Origin: Pocillopora damicornis
Lineage: Eukaryota
Direction: 5' to 3'
Assembly (NCBI RefSeq): GCF_003704095.1
Contig: NW_020845955.1
Coordinates: forward strand, 1-64,000
DNA length: 64,000 nucleotides
Positions within the stretch are counted from its first letter, which is position 1; each line of letters starts with the position of its first letter. Positions 39,301-52,409 of the stretch are shown here, one piece after another. Both the position numbers and the translations under genes were made by a program. The notes beneath the pieces are model-generated. The model had not been told where the DNA came from, did not search any database, and worked only from the letters and a program-made list of their open reading frames with translations.

Positions 39301-42300
39301 TTGTAGTATTTGAAAAATGTACAAATGTTTATAACACCAGATTACAAGAGAAATCATGTTATATTTCTTGTTAATAATGTACTTGAAAAAACATCACAGA
39401 GAGTCAAGGCAGAGAAAATTTTGAAAGCATGTTTGCTCTATTTGTAATTTGCACTTGAGTTACAACTTTGTATTCATGTTACAACTTTGTGCTTGTGTTA
39501 CATGAGAATGCACTTGTTTTCAGCTGATCAGAAACGCATAATTTTTTTTATGTTTATTACAAGATCTCTTTCAGTGAAGGTTGTTGCCATCTTTGCAGCC
39601 ATGTTGGAATCAAGGGTTTTTTTATCAGTTGGAACCATAAAAATACCCAGTGATCCCAATTTTGTAGCTTGAAGCTGTCATCAAATCAAAATGATTTGTT
39701 TTGCCACTTTGGTTCAAGCATTTATTGAATGTACATGTTGTCTGTAGTCTGTGTTTTCACAACTTTCTTTAAATTGTTTGATGTAACATTGAGTTGAAAA
39801 TACATTATTTATTGACCTAGTGCTAATCAAGGAATTGTAACCTTAAGTTCTTGAAGAACCAATAACTTTCACTTGACTAATGGTGACTATTAATTTATGA
39901 ATTTATTTAACAGGGTAACGATCAAGTGCGTTTTGAGATGACTTATTATGCACTGTATCCTGGGGTTAAGGTGGGTTGAAAGCTAAGCATTGACATTAAG
40001 GTTTACCTATTTAACAGATGTATGTCTGTTCAGTAATGGAACACAAGAGGCAGCTGAATATTTCACCTGCAGGAAAACTACCAAAACTCACAGAAAAACT
40101 ACTTCAATTTACAATATAAAAATGTAGTTTGTTTTACAAAAAATTGTCTTCCACTAAGAAATGTTGAATTAAGTGATATATTGAGAATTGAAAAATATTC
40201 TTCATGAATATTTAAATTTGGCTCTCATGATGAGGTTGTTATCTTTGTGCCTGATTATATAACTGGTACAGGGTGTGGTGAAGAATACATGTTTTCAAAT
40301 CAGACAAAATTCTAGTACTTTTTCAATATTATTACAATAGCAATTATATCATTTTTGAATCCACAGGTTATTACCCCATGGAGACTTCCAGAATTTTACG
40401 ACAGATTCAAGGGAAGAAAAGACCTGTTTGACTACGCAGAAGTAAACATTACTTTACTTTACAAAGTTACTTTTCTCTTTCTCAGTACTTGTGTGTGTAA
40501 AATGAGTAAAGTGTCAAATTTATGATTTGAATGCCATTAACCATAACAATTTTTATCAAAGTAATTGAGAACACAGTTAATTTTCAGCCTTTTTCAATTT
40601 TGCTTGTTGTAAGCATTGCATACCAAGACCCAGTTGTATAAAGGATGGATAACACTATCCTGCAGATAAATCACCATCCAGCTGAAAAGTGATAGCAAAA
40701 TGTACCGTGGTATCCTCACAATAGAGATTTATCCAGTGCATAGCATTATCCAAGTTTCAAAGAACTGGGGCAAGATGATTAACTTGTTTATAATTTCCTG
40801 CAGCAAAAAGGCATACCATTACCAGTCACCCCAAAGAAGCCTTGGAGTATTGATGCCAACCTTATGCACATAAGGTGAGTTTTTTTACCACAAAATTAAG
40901 TTCTGTAAAGAGTTTCTATGGTGATGTTTTGAGCCTTAGCCCCTCATTAAAGTAAAGAGAAGAAAAGTTCTGTAAAGTTTACTAATAATTTAAAATATAA
41001 TTAGCTGAATATAACCTTGGTCGTTTTAACCAGTTTTTGAATTGCTAAACTTCATGTGGATATCACGTTACTATTATGTATTAATTACTGTCATCACTTG
41101 TTTTATTCCAGTTATGAATCTGGAATTCTTGAAAACCCTAAGGTCAGTGAGTGTTAATTGATCAATGGGTACATGGTACTTTCATCTTTATTTTTGGAGA
41201 TATTGACTCAAAGGAAGCTTAAGTTATCTTTTCTGTTGGGAGGAAAGATTAGTGAGCTTCCCTCAAACTGGATTGTAACATTTTGAGTCCTGTGTCTTTC
41301 TAAGGCCACTGTCTTGTGTTTTTGGGTAAGGCACTTGATATTGACCAAGTACCAATAAATAATCAGTAATCAGTTGGCTGGCATCCAATCAAGAAAAAGG
41401 AGTGATAACTCCTAGCTTTGGCAGCTAATTCCTCAGGTGGCTTAGTCTTTTATCAAAACCTTGTGTCTTTGTAACTAAAACCTGCTTTTTCCTTCTCAGA
41501 CCATGGCTCCAGATGACCTTTACTGCTTTACAACTGATCCAAAATCTGCTCCTGATGAGGTAAGCTTTTAATGTTTCCTGTTTATAATTATGAATTTCCA
41601 CACTTCTTCAATGTGTCATGCTGGTGAATTGCTCTCATTTACATTTTGATCAGGAGGCAAAGGGTTTTATACATGATGCATGATTAAACCCAACATTTAT
41701 TCTGTTAGCCTTGGCAAGTTGGACTCCCTCATTGAATATTATTATTATTATTATTATCATCATCATTATTATTATTTCATCATCAGTTTTATCTTTACTT
41801 ATCTTCTTTCATCAGCCAGAACAGCTCGAGCTTGAGTTTAAGAAAGGTAAATATTTTAAAGCTATACTTATAAAAATTTCTTCCTTTACGCCTTGTTTTA
41901 AGTGAATGTTTGTACTTATAAAAGTAATTTTTGATAAATATTTCATGTAATTATTTGATTCTCATTGGTTTGAAATTGACATAACGCATAACTCTGAGTG
42001 TCAGCTCACTTGAGGCTGACTTTCAGAGAAAACAATATTTAACTAAAGGTCTGGAGGTCCAGAGGTCTGTTTATCAGTGTGAAGATTAGCTGGTAACCTG
42101 TGAAGTCAGAAAGCAAGGGCACAGGGGAAAGAAGAACCTCAGACAAAGCCAGAGAAATTGACTTTGTATGGATGTCCTTGAGTTTTCGTTTCATGGATTT
42201 CTTTTGACATGCGCAAATAACTTTGCTGTCCTAAGAGTCTTAGGTACTTGTTCAAGGGACCTGTTTTTTTTTTAAGTTTTTTTTTCTAACTTGAAACAAG

Positions 42301-45300
42301 TAACACATATACACACACACACACACATAGCCTCACTCACTGTTATCTTTTAAACCCCAGGTGTCCCAGTTCGAGTTCAGAACTTGAAAGATGGCACAGT
42401 TCATGACAAACCATTGGATATCTATCTTTATCTCAACAAAATGGGGTCAGTAGAACATGGCTTGGAGATAATTATGTTGAAATAATTCAGTGTGTTAAAT
42501 TAGGTATGGCTCTGATTTGTATTATCGGAAATTAAGAGCGACCGAGACGTACTTGAGAAATCAGGATTTTGTCCCTTTATTCGTCTTGCGTTTAGCAGTT
42601 TTCTCTTGCAATATTTAGAGTGAAGAGAAAAGAAGACATACTCATAACATTAAAAAAACATTTTGCTGATAATCGTCACCCGAAGTGAAGGTCAGACGAC
42701 CTTTTTTGTGGCATGGTAATGAAAAAAAAACAGCTTTGTACTCTGCCGCTATTTTTGCTATAAAGAAAACCAATAATGTATTACGGTAGTTACACCTGGT
42801 GAAAATAGCGGGTCATTTTTCACATCCCAGTTTTTCCCTTCATGTTGTAGTGGTCGCCATGGTGTTGGAAGAATTGACATCGTGGAAAACAGATTTGTTG
42901 GAATGAAATCCAGAGGTGAACGGTTTGCTGTATTGCATGATGTCCTTAAATCACTTGGCTGTATGTGTGTTTGTAAATGATGTCAATATGTTTTCGCCAA
43001 GTCATGTCAAAATATGCTTGTTCGTATTGTCAGCCTTTCTTTCTGGCAATGGAAAATTAGGAGAAGAAGCGGAGAAATCCTTTCGTTTTGTCTTGTAACC
43101 AGCGAAGAGGCTGCTGCACAATGGGAAAGACGTAGCTCGCGTTCCATGTCCTTCTCTCTCCCCACTTCTTGCGAAAACTTGCGCTCTAAATTGTTACTCC
43201 AGGGCTTGCTACTTAGGCTGTACCGTATTTGGTACAATACCAATGATTAAGAGCGCTCAATAAAGGGTTTGTTACAGTTTTTCCTCATATCTATTCTATC
43301 TTTCAAAGGAATCTATGAATGCCCCGGTGGTACCATATTGCGAGCTGCGCACTTGGATATTGAGACATTCACAATGGACCGGGTAAGTTGTGAGAGACGT
43401 GAATTCATTAAATGGATGCATGCTAATATAAAACCATGCAGAGTTGTATGAGAGATGACGTGTAAGCGTTTTTCTCTTCTTCTGTATGGAAGGAATTGCG
43501 CAAAATCAAGCAGATGTTGGCCGGCAAGTTTTCAGAGCAGGTTTACTATGGATATTGGTACAGTCCTGAAGGGGATTATGTGCGTTTCTGTTTGGACAAG
43601 AGTCAAGACAACGTGGAGGGAAAAGTGACACTGGATCTTTTCAAAGGAAATGTATGTTTTCTCAATTCTGTTACAGTTTTCGTGAAACTATGTGGGTGCC
43701 TAAAATTGTCTCCTGAACACTGTATAAATTACGTTAACGGTTAAGGTTGTAAACCTATGGGGTATATTGGCAACATGCATGACACACATAAGAACTCTAC
43801 CACCAAAACGTACGTCTGGAAATGAATTCTTACGCATTATTTTTGTCCATTTTGCGCTGCTATAGTGAGCCTATTGCCTTCGTTATGAAGTTGACTGTCT
43901 GAAACGCTCGTGGCGTACTTGCTAGAAGCTGTAATTTTAATTAAGCAAGCTTTGTTGCTATTTTTGTTGTCAGAAGTACATGTAACTATTTCAGTGAATA
44001 TTTATTTGTATTAATTTTCTTGTGTAAGGTTTACATCAAAAGCCGTGAGTCTAAAGCATCCCTCTACAACGAGGAATTAGTCAGGTACATCACCTTGTTC
44101 TTTTATAGGCCCGATAAATGTCTGCTAAGTTGCAAGTCTGAGTGAATTTCCAATTCCCCATGTTCCATTTTAGTAGTGATGGCGACTTCTGCTAAGGTTA
44201 TCGAAACATCATTTACTACTACCGACAACAATCCCTCTTAGAACTACCTTCACCCGGACGATCAGACTGCACAAACATTTCCGTTTCTTGAGTAACATTA
44301 AAGTTCAAAAGAATTTCTGTCATCAAGGAAATTTTACTCATCCATTTATGCAAATCCGGTACTGAGCGATAGATTCCTCACTTAGTTTTGCTTTAAAATT
44401 GTCAATCATTACTTTGAAGGAAATACGAAAAATGTACGAGTTCTTATTTCTTCCTCAGCATGGATACCATTACTGGCTACAACCCACAAGACGCAGCTGG
44501 CTTCATCAGAATTAACGCTCTGAGGTAATGAAACATTCTATACGTACCTTTAGTCCTTCTTATGTAGCAGAGGGAAAGCTGATCAAATTTATCGACAGAG
44601 AAAAAAAGTTAATTGGGTAACGGAAGTAATCTTGGATTACCCTGCTCTGCCTTTCTTCACCTCGTGTCTGGTTTAGAGTACTTCTGTCATTCTCTTAACC
44701 AATCAGCCTGAAACCAATCTTGACTTGATCCGTCGCCTTTTTCTTCGCCTCTGGGAATCTTCCTGTTGCAATTTAGTTCTCCTTCTTCCTTATGAGCGTT
44801 TGTGTTTACTTTGGCGACACTCAATCGGAATGCAAACATAATAGTCATCAGGTATACTAGGCCAAATAAATTATTGTGGAATGTGTTTAAAAAAAAAACC
44901 CATTTACGAGAAAAGAGGCTAGAGTCCAAACTCCGTAGAAAATATGTATTAAACCTGTTGCATGTAAATGAACCATAACATTTGGCTAAAGTAAAAACTC
45001 CGAAACGTCTTAAAATTCGAAACATAGGGGTAAAAAATTTGAGCCAACAAAAGCTCATAAACAACTAAAACTCCATGAAAAACAAACAACAACAGTAGGC
45101 GTACCTAAAAGACGGAGTATTTACCGTAGTTAATCTTCTTTTGTATTTAGCCACGCGCCTCAAGAAAAGGAGGTGGCTTGAAGTATGATTATATGAAACT
45201 CCCTTTTAAAATTAAGAGTAAAACCCCCAAGGGTCATCATTTATCGCCGGAGGAGGGAGAATCGGGTTTTGTTGTTGTTGTGTTGTTAATATTCCTATCA

Positions 45301-45572
45301 ACACCCCCCCCCCCTCCCCTCATTAGCAGTTAATTGTCAGTCAATTTTCTATCTTCCCTCCTTTATATTCTGTTGGCGATGACTGATCCACCCTCCATTC
45401 CCCCTGAAAACCAAATGACCCCACCCCTCCTGCTTTATTCTGCGGTCAGTGTAATTAAGAATTCAGTGACCACCTTGAGCTTTGCTTGTTTATTCTTCTG
45501 TTTTACTCAAGGCTTCGTGAACACAGCCGACTCAGAAAAGCGCTGAACAAGGGTGAAGAAAATGGCGCCTGA
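36371..45572 (+). CDS. ASS1: Argininosuccinate synthase, 418 aa, 17 exons
   Basis: Exons 36371-36478, 36861-36929, 38903-39002, 39101-39189, 39914-39970, 40367-40441, 40804-40874, 41112-41142, 41500-41559, 41816-41846, 42361-42445, 42851-42915, 43309-43382, 43493-43651, 44029-44084, 44459-44524, 45512-45572. 1257 nt with consistent phases. Motifs [81 protein letters not shown] at 45726. Confidence 0.98.
38153..38364. mobile_element. TTAA-type MITE in ASS1 intron 2
   Basis: TTAA-CCATTTATACCC ... GGGGTCAAAGGG-TTGA. Internal sequence is similar to the 34042 and 35925 copies. Confidence 0.7.
40629..40770. mobile_element. ~140-bp MITE in ASS1 intron 6
   Basis: Imperfect inverted termini CCCAGTTG..GGATAA..CTAT / ATAGCATTATCC..AACTGGG. 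Confidence 0.6.
44172..44275 (+). mobile_element. Penelope-like element terminal-repeat remnant with a degenerate hammerhead core
   Basis: GTGATGGCGACTTCTGCTAAGGTTATCGAAACATC...AGAACTACCTTCACCCGGACGATCA resembles the cnidarian PLE terminus CTGAAGATGACTTCCGCTCAGGTTGTCGAAAC...CACCCGGACGATCA (recalled consensus). Confidence 0.55.
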
Positions 45573-47353
45573 TGTGTGGCAGGTGACTCTTGGAGTAACG
45601 AATAAGTCCCTGAAAAAATTGCGTGGAGAAATTGGTGACAAAGCGAAGCTATTAAAATACAACACTGCGGGTTTTATTATTTTTAGTAAACTAGAAACTA
45701 AACTTGTGTTTATTTGTTTAGTTAGAATAAAATTCTCGCAACAATAGAGGCAATGTTTGAAGGTTAATTTGCGTGAACCTCTCTCAGTCAGTTGTTTGTT
45801 GCCCCTCTATGTCCAATACTATTAAATTGACTATATTTTTTTATCAATTCGCCGTCCGTTTTGTCTGATGCCCCTTTAGTTTTCTGCAGTCGCTGTTTTT
45901 TCGGCGAAGAAAAGTTAATGACTCACAATGATTTAAAAAGTTCTTGGAGTAAAATGCATGAGAGGCTGTGACTGTCTCCAGTACAATCCTTTCACCTAGT
46001 GTGCTCGTTCGCGTGAGCCGCGGTCGGAAATTTATAGTCTTGTGAATTTTAAATGAAGGCCACAAATGATTCGTTGCCGTCCTCAGTAAAGCCACATACC
46101 TAGAACTCAGGAACTGAAAGGGTTGTGGATTTTGTGGACTTCCCATGTACGAAAGTGATTTACTGGTGTACAAAAACACCCTAACCCTAACCCTAAAGCA
46201 AAATGGTGCTCTTAACAGACCTCTTGTACTTAGTGTCTTAAGCTGCCACACCCTCCTCCCTGATATTCGTAACGAGATGTCTAAGATCACATTATACTGC
46301 ATGGGATTTGACGAAGAATGTTCGTCAATTACAAACAAGAGATGTATTTCATAAAACTCCTTCCACTGAGCAGCATAAGGTGTGAGAGCAGTTGTCAAAA
46401 CCTCGTGATTTCGTTTCTTCTTGTGTAATCGACTGTGGTTCGTAAGTGATTCTTATCAGGTATTAACTGCATCAATTGGTTAAGCTTTAAAATAAGCCAA
46501 ACAAACCGAGCATATTCTACGTACACGTATTCAAATCATGCGATATATATAGTGGAAATGATCAAGAGTGTATTTTATTTTAAATTTTCAACTATTATTG
46601 TAATCGTATGTACAAAAAACTGACACAATTTCAGCAAAATTTGTGGAAATTTCCCAACTCCCCCCCCCCCCAAAAAAAAATCAGCTGCGTACATGTCATG
46701 CGCAAATGCTTATTAATATATTTACAAACATGGTTTTAAAAAAGTCATCTTGAGTTCAACATCTCGTGTTTAAACATAGTTGATTAAATGATTACAAACG
46801 TTTTCAAGCGATGAAATGAATGAAATTTTGAGAGCAAATTTAACCCAGCAGACAGCTTTTCTTTGGCTTCAATCAGATGAAGAGAGAATTGAACTTGATT
46901 GCATTTGAAATCTGTAGAATATAAAGAGAACCAGTGTCAACTTACAATCTCAGGGTAAACCAAAGCACCAAAGGTAGAGTAAAAGGCCTATGCTCTTGTT
47001 ACAATAAGAAGATTTTGACAGCTTTTCTCATAGCCTGCAGAGCATGCGTAATTTTGGCGAGTGCTCAGTATTTCCTGAGCGAAAATTATAGTCGCCTCCT
47101 TTGATTTTAATGACAGCGGAAGGCTGGGGAGGGAGAAAAACTTGTACACAGCGGGTGTGCGAAGGTCAAAATTAAGGAGAGGGGTGGGTGCCTTTCCCTG
47201 CCCCCCCTCCCCCCCACTGCTTCCTTTATCTTCAAATTAAACATGGCCAGTTGAATAAAGAATCGCGAGATTCCTAAAGTTAAATCGCCCTATTAACACG
47301 GCTGCTCTGCGGGCCACTCTTCTCAGAAAATGCATTAATTACTTAATAACCTT

Positions 47354-50300
47354 TTAATAGTATGATCCAAACCATTTGTTGAAAGTCCTGCCCAAGAATC
47401 CTTGTCCTGAAATATAATGCACAATTAAGACACAGTTGAGACTGCTTACCAGAAAGGAGAGAGAATTAGATTAACTAAATTTAGGTTGAAATAAGGCCAC
47501 ATGCACCTTCGCTGAATGAGGAACTCCAGCCCCTACCACACCCCTTACTATCCTGCTAATAAGCCCCTTTTGAGTAAATCAACCCCCTGTTTTTCTGTGC
47601 GGGCTTTTAACTGGGCACTTACGGTATGTATTTGGTTCGATCAACTTACCAGTTTGTTGAGTAGATTGGCTATTGAAGTGATAAGTCTGAGGGTAAACGG
47701 AAACGACCTGAGATCCACTTGGAACGATGCTCATAGACGGTAATGGACGATGCTGAGAATATGGACTCCCTAGACAATCAAAGAAGGGTTAACAAACCTT
47801 GCCTTACTACGGAATTTTTTCACTGATAACTTTCTGTTCAATTAGATACCATTCACTAAAGGAGCGTGGTAAGTTCCTCATGACCCCAGTACTTGGGGTC
47901 GAGTGCCGGTCGCTGTACGAAAATGAGCCCGCGCTACACTACTGAAGTAATCTGACGAGACTGATCGAAAACACGAAGCCCAGATCCGAGAAAACGGTAA
48001 AAGTGGAGCGTATTTTTCCTTATAATATTCTTAAGGTAGCTTCATTTTAAATTCTTCCTATTCATATTTGTGAACTTGGTAGAAATTTGACTTAATGTGT
48101 AAAAAAATCTCTGAACCTTTTAGCTCTCCTGACCAAAACTGAATGTTTTTACGTTCGACTTTTCAGAATGAGCAAACAGTGTCCTTGATCGCGAATGTAA
48201 TGTAATGTTCAACTGATCATACCTCTGGCTTTCTTTGAAAACGGGTTGATCTCACAGGGTGTGCCGGTGTTCTTGAATGCAGCATCATTTGAGATAATTG
48301 CCGGACTGTTTCTCACAGTTTCAACTTCAGCAAAGTTGGGTGTAGGGGTATGTGGTGGTCTTTTAAGACCTTTAGCTCTCTTGGAAAAGGGATTCACCCC
48401 GTTATCTGTGATATTGTTGGATGGAACACCTTTGAGATGGACTGGTGGAGTGTTATTCTCATTTTCAGCTCCTCTCGTGTTAGCAGCAGGGCAATCAAGT
48501 GCTGACAATGGATTAATCTGCCCGCTTGAGTACTGAGTGGTAGTATTAAATACTGTATTCTTGAACACAGCATCATTTGAGGAAATTGTCTCGCTGTTTC
48601 TGACGGTTTGAGCTGGAAACATTCTGGCCGCAGGGATGTGTGATGGTTTCGTAACGCCGATAGCTCTCTTGGAAAAGGGATTTACCCTCTTACCATAAGA
48701 ACCAGTGATATTGTTGGATGGAAACCCACTGAGTTGAACTGGTGGAACTTCAGTTCTTGGGATGTTAGCGGCTGAACAATCGATTGTTGGTCGATCCAGC
48801 GCCTCGGCTTTATTGGAAAATGATTTAATCCGTGTGCCAGAGGACCGAATGGTGATGTTAGATACAGGATGCCTTGGTTGGATTGGCGGGGTACGCTTGT
48901 CGACTTCAGGCGTCTCAAACATATTCACAGGACTTTGTGCTGGTCGGTCCAAGCGTTTTGTCTTCCTAGAAAACGGGTTGACACTCTGACCAACGCAACC
49001 GGTTATCAGGTTGAATTCATCTCTTCGGGGTGGTGAAAGGTTTTTCTTTATTTCAGCTCTGACAAAACTGCCATCGGGGGCGAATGGTGGCTGACATTTC
49101 AATTCAGGACAGTCTTTAGTGAAAAAAAAGAAGTGCAAGAGCAAGTTTTATTTGGGTCATTTTCAGACTGGCAAAGCGAAATATGAACTGGGACCACCTC
49201 ATATTTTTCCCATGTATTCAGTATCAGTAAGAGACTATAGTCTCTTGTTAAGAGTAGAGTACTGATGGCGTATTCTTCCTTAAATCTCATTTTGTGTTTT
49301 AGTTATGAGATCAGCGAGTCCTTCTCTGAATATGAGTGAAGTGAGTACTCGGCTAAGTTCGCACAGCGACTCGGTACCTTGATAATTCAAGTGTTTACTT
49401 GTTTTGGGTTACACGTCATACCACCCAACTTCAGCACAATAAAAGTTGGGTTGTTGAATTTGCGAAATTATGTTATACAGGTTTCCTTCGTCATACCTTG
49501 GGCTACTTCAGTGGAGGGCTTTGAATTTGATTTGACATTCTTCATGGCCTCAAGTTCTCTTGCTGTTACTGGAAAGTTTTGAATTTCGAGACATCCACCG
49601 TTGTTAGATAGAGTGTCAAACCATGATGGTTGATGGTCGAAGTAAGCTTTACCTAATAAAGAGAAAATTTTGAATAATTGTTCATGGACGAAAGCGTTAT
49701 CAACGATTCTCAAGTTTTGGGGTTAAGTGCCTCTTCTTGTCTTAAGGATAGGAAATGAAATTTTTGTGACTTTACTCAAATGCGGTACACACTTTATTTT
49801 CAGGACTTCTAATCTCGTCCCAGATCCTACCGTTTAACTGTAACTTCAATGAAAGGTCTGGGTACGTGACTAGGTCGCTTCGCCAATGGCATGAGCCGCG
49901 ATTTTTACCTAGAGGTGTATTATTTGTTCTGAGTTTTTTGTTTTTTGTTTTTTGTTTTTTTGTTTTTTTAATCTTTTCTGAACTGTGAAGCGATTGTTTT
50001 TTTACAGTGATCGATAATGTAGACCCCTCGTCCTCTTCCCATCGATGTTTCCTTGCGATGCTTGGAGACTAACTTTGGCCATAGAAATGCCATTTCAAGT
50101 AACATACTCACCATTAAAAAATTGTAGCTCGCTTTGGGATTCCTCTAACTTTGTTGTATTCCTCATGACACTAACATTTGCCCCACCCTTGAGCTCGTCG
50201 ATAGTCTTCCTTGCCTCCTGTAGCTTTTCATCCATTGCCGCCAATTGCTTGGAAAAATCCAACTGATTTCTTTTCCAGCTTTGTTGTAATTGGGACAGTT

Positions 50301-51514
50301 TTTCTTTGAGATCAGAATTCTCTTTATCTTTCTCAAAGAGAGCTTCTTTAAGAAAGGTGATCTCCTTCTCCTTAGCTGTTAAAATACAAGAAATAAACGT
50401 CCATTTTATAAATACTTAGAATAAAAGATAGATCAAATTCAAGTTTTGAATGATAAGGCAAATTGGGAAAATATTACAAAAATGGAACTGTTTCGGACGG
50501 AATGAGAAGCAGGGGTTTGGGGGAATATTTATTGTCAAGAGTCTACGGTTAAATGGGTCTTAAATGGTTTCCCTGTGCACGTGCACTTCTCTTATCCCGC
50601 ATGCGTCATTACTTAACTAACCGTTAATTTCTGTTTCGAGGTGGATGATCTTTCTCGTTAGTTGTTCCTCTTCTCTCGGAGCCTGGTAGAAAATATGTCA
50701 AAAATAGCATTTTTGAATTTAAGAAATTAGAAGTGAACAAGAAAATTGAGAATGCTAAACATAATCAACGTACAGCGGAATGATACTGGAATGTCGAAGA
50801 GTGGCGTCATAATCTGAGAACTTTAGCTGCACGCGCTTTTTAATCTCTTCATGAAGAAATGTTTTCAGAGTCAGTTTCCTGATCACCTTTAATGCCAAAA
50901 AATCCAGTTTTTTAAATGTTTTTCTTCAATGTTGAACGGGCTTAAAAAATGAACTTATTTTGAAGGGAAGAAATTACAAAGTAAATTAAACCAATTACAA
51001 CCCATTTTCATTGCATGTGTATTGAATGAGGTCTATTTGTAAGACGGCGTTCGCGAGAAAATCGCAGAAGTTCTTTTCTTCATGTTCCTTCCAATATCAA
51101 ATTCTAAATTCTGGATTCGTCTCCAAAAGAGACACACTTTTGTCTGAGTATAATTTGAAGGGAACCGATTTTCTCTCAAACTGAACCCACTACGAACTTT
51201 TTCACAGCTTCCATATTGAATGAGGTCTACTAACGCGTCCGCGAAAATAAAATCTGAGGTTTTTTCTTCATGCTCCTTCTGATCATAAATTCTAACTTTT
51301 TTATGCTAAATGTACGATTTTACGAAAGCGAAAAAAGGCCTAAAGCTCGGGAAACGCCCACCTCATTAGCCCTGATCCGTGCTCCGTGTGAGGCCTCCAA
51401 AGGCTCATGATAATTCTCAGCGGAACGATAAGTGACACCGGCTTCTTCATCAAAATTTCTCGCAGAACAGGATTCCATCACGGACTCTATGTCCTCTGTG
51501 ATGTTTTTGTTCAT
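47354..51514 (-). CDS. Uncharacterised protein: N-terminal coiled coil plus low-complexity region with repeated NPFS(K/R)(K/R) motifs, 565 aa, 7 exons
   Basis: Exons 51514-51362, 50682-50622, 50375-50112, 49652-49497, 49113-48223, 47769-47650, 47406-47354. All GT-AG, 1698 nt open frame. Coiled coil LTRKIIHLETEINAKEKEITFLKEALFEKDKENSDLKEKLSQLQ. First and last exons are less certain. Confidence 0.75.
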
Positions 51515-52409
51515 TTTGGAATCAATATCTTTGGAAAATACAAAAATATATTCTCTTTCACTTTGCTTCAGTAAGAACTGAGCTTTCGATTTGCTTATGA
51601 CAAGTTGCATAGCAACGTCTTTGTTTTGTCACTTGTTGACATCACGCCAGAGTTGAAGCGTTAAGCCTGGGCACTAGAATTTTGTCGAAGCGTCAGAAAC
51701 CAGAGGTAGCAATTAATACGCTTTAACAGTAAAAAAAACGTCACTAAAAAGAGACTATTGTTTTCAGTTTATTATTTGCTTTCCGCGATATTTAAGAGGG
51801 CTTACCTTAAATATAGTTCATAGATTCTAACAATCATACATCAGTTCTGTTAACTTTTCATTGCTTCCCTTGGCCAAGATTGTAACTGATAACCTTTGTG
51901 CGGTGGGTGCATTTATTGACCGTGATGAACCCCAATTTGTAGTATCTTCGCCAAAATTTTTAGACGAGAAGAAGAGTCTTCAAGTTCTCTTTTAAATAAC
52001 CAGACTGTTTTATTCTGAGTTGTGTATTTAGCTCCACACTCCCCCATTCCCATTTCTCATATTCTCCAGTCTCTCCTCTGTTACCCTGCTTCTCTGTTTC
52101 TTTGCTCGTCTGTTCTCTCTTTTTTACGTTTCTCTGTTCCTTTGTTCTCCTGTCCTCCTATGTTTCTCGTCATCCATGTTCCGAGCGGTCTTCCCTTTCA
52201 CGTTTTCTGTTTCCCACTTCCCTCTTTCCGTTGTCTCATTCCTTAGTTATTTCTTTCCTCTTTTTCCAAAATATTTTCTGCGACATAATTCTTCCCTTCA
52301 ATCCTATTCCTCCGTCCTTCTAATTTCGATTTGCCCGCACAAAAGCAATGGAAAAGAAATGCCAACCAGCAAACAACGCTTTCCGAACTATTTTTTATTT
52401 TCCAAAAAA

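Noticed and set aside
41711-41905. Poly-Ile ORF
   Set aside because: (ATT/ATC)n microsatellite in ASS1 intron 9 running into exon 10.
46179-46196. (CCCTAA)3 telomere-like repeat
   Set aside because: Only three units, too short to imply a fusion or healing event.
45844-46398. 184-aa minus-strand ORF
   Set aside because: No recognisable motif or splice context. It reads through (CCCTAA)3 as RVRVRV and is likely spurious.
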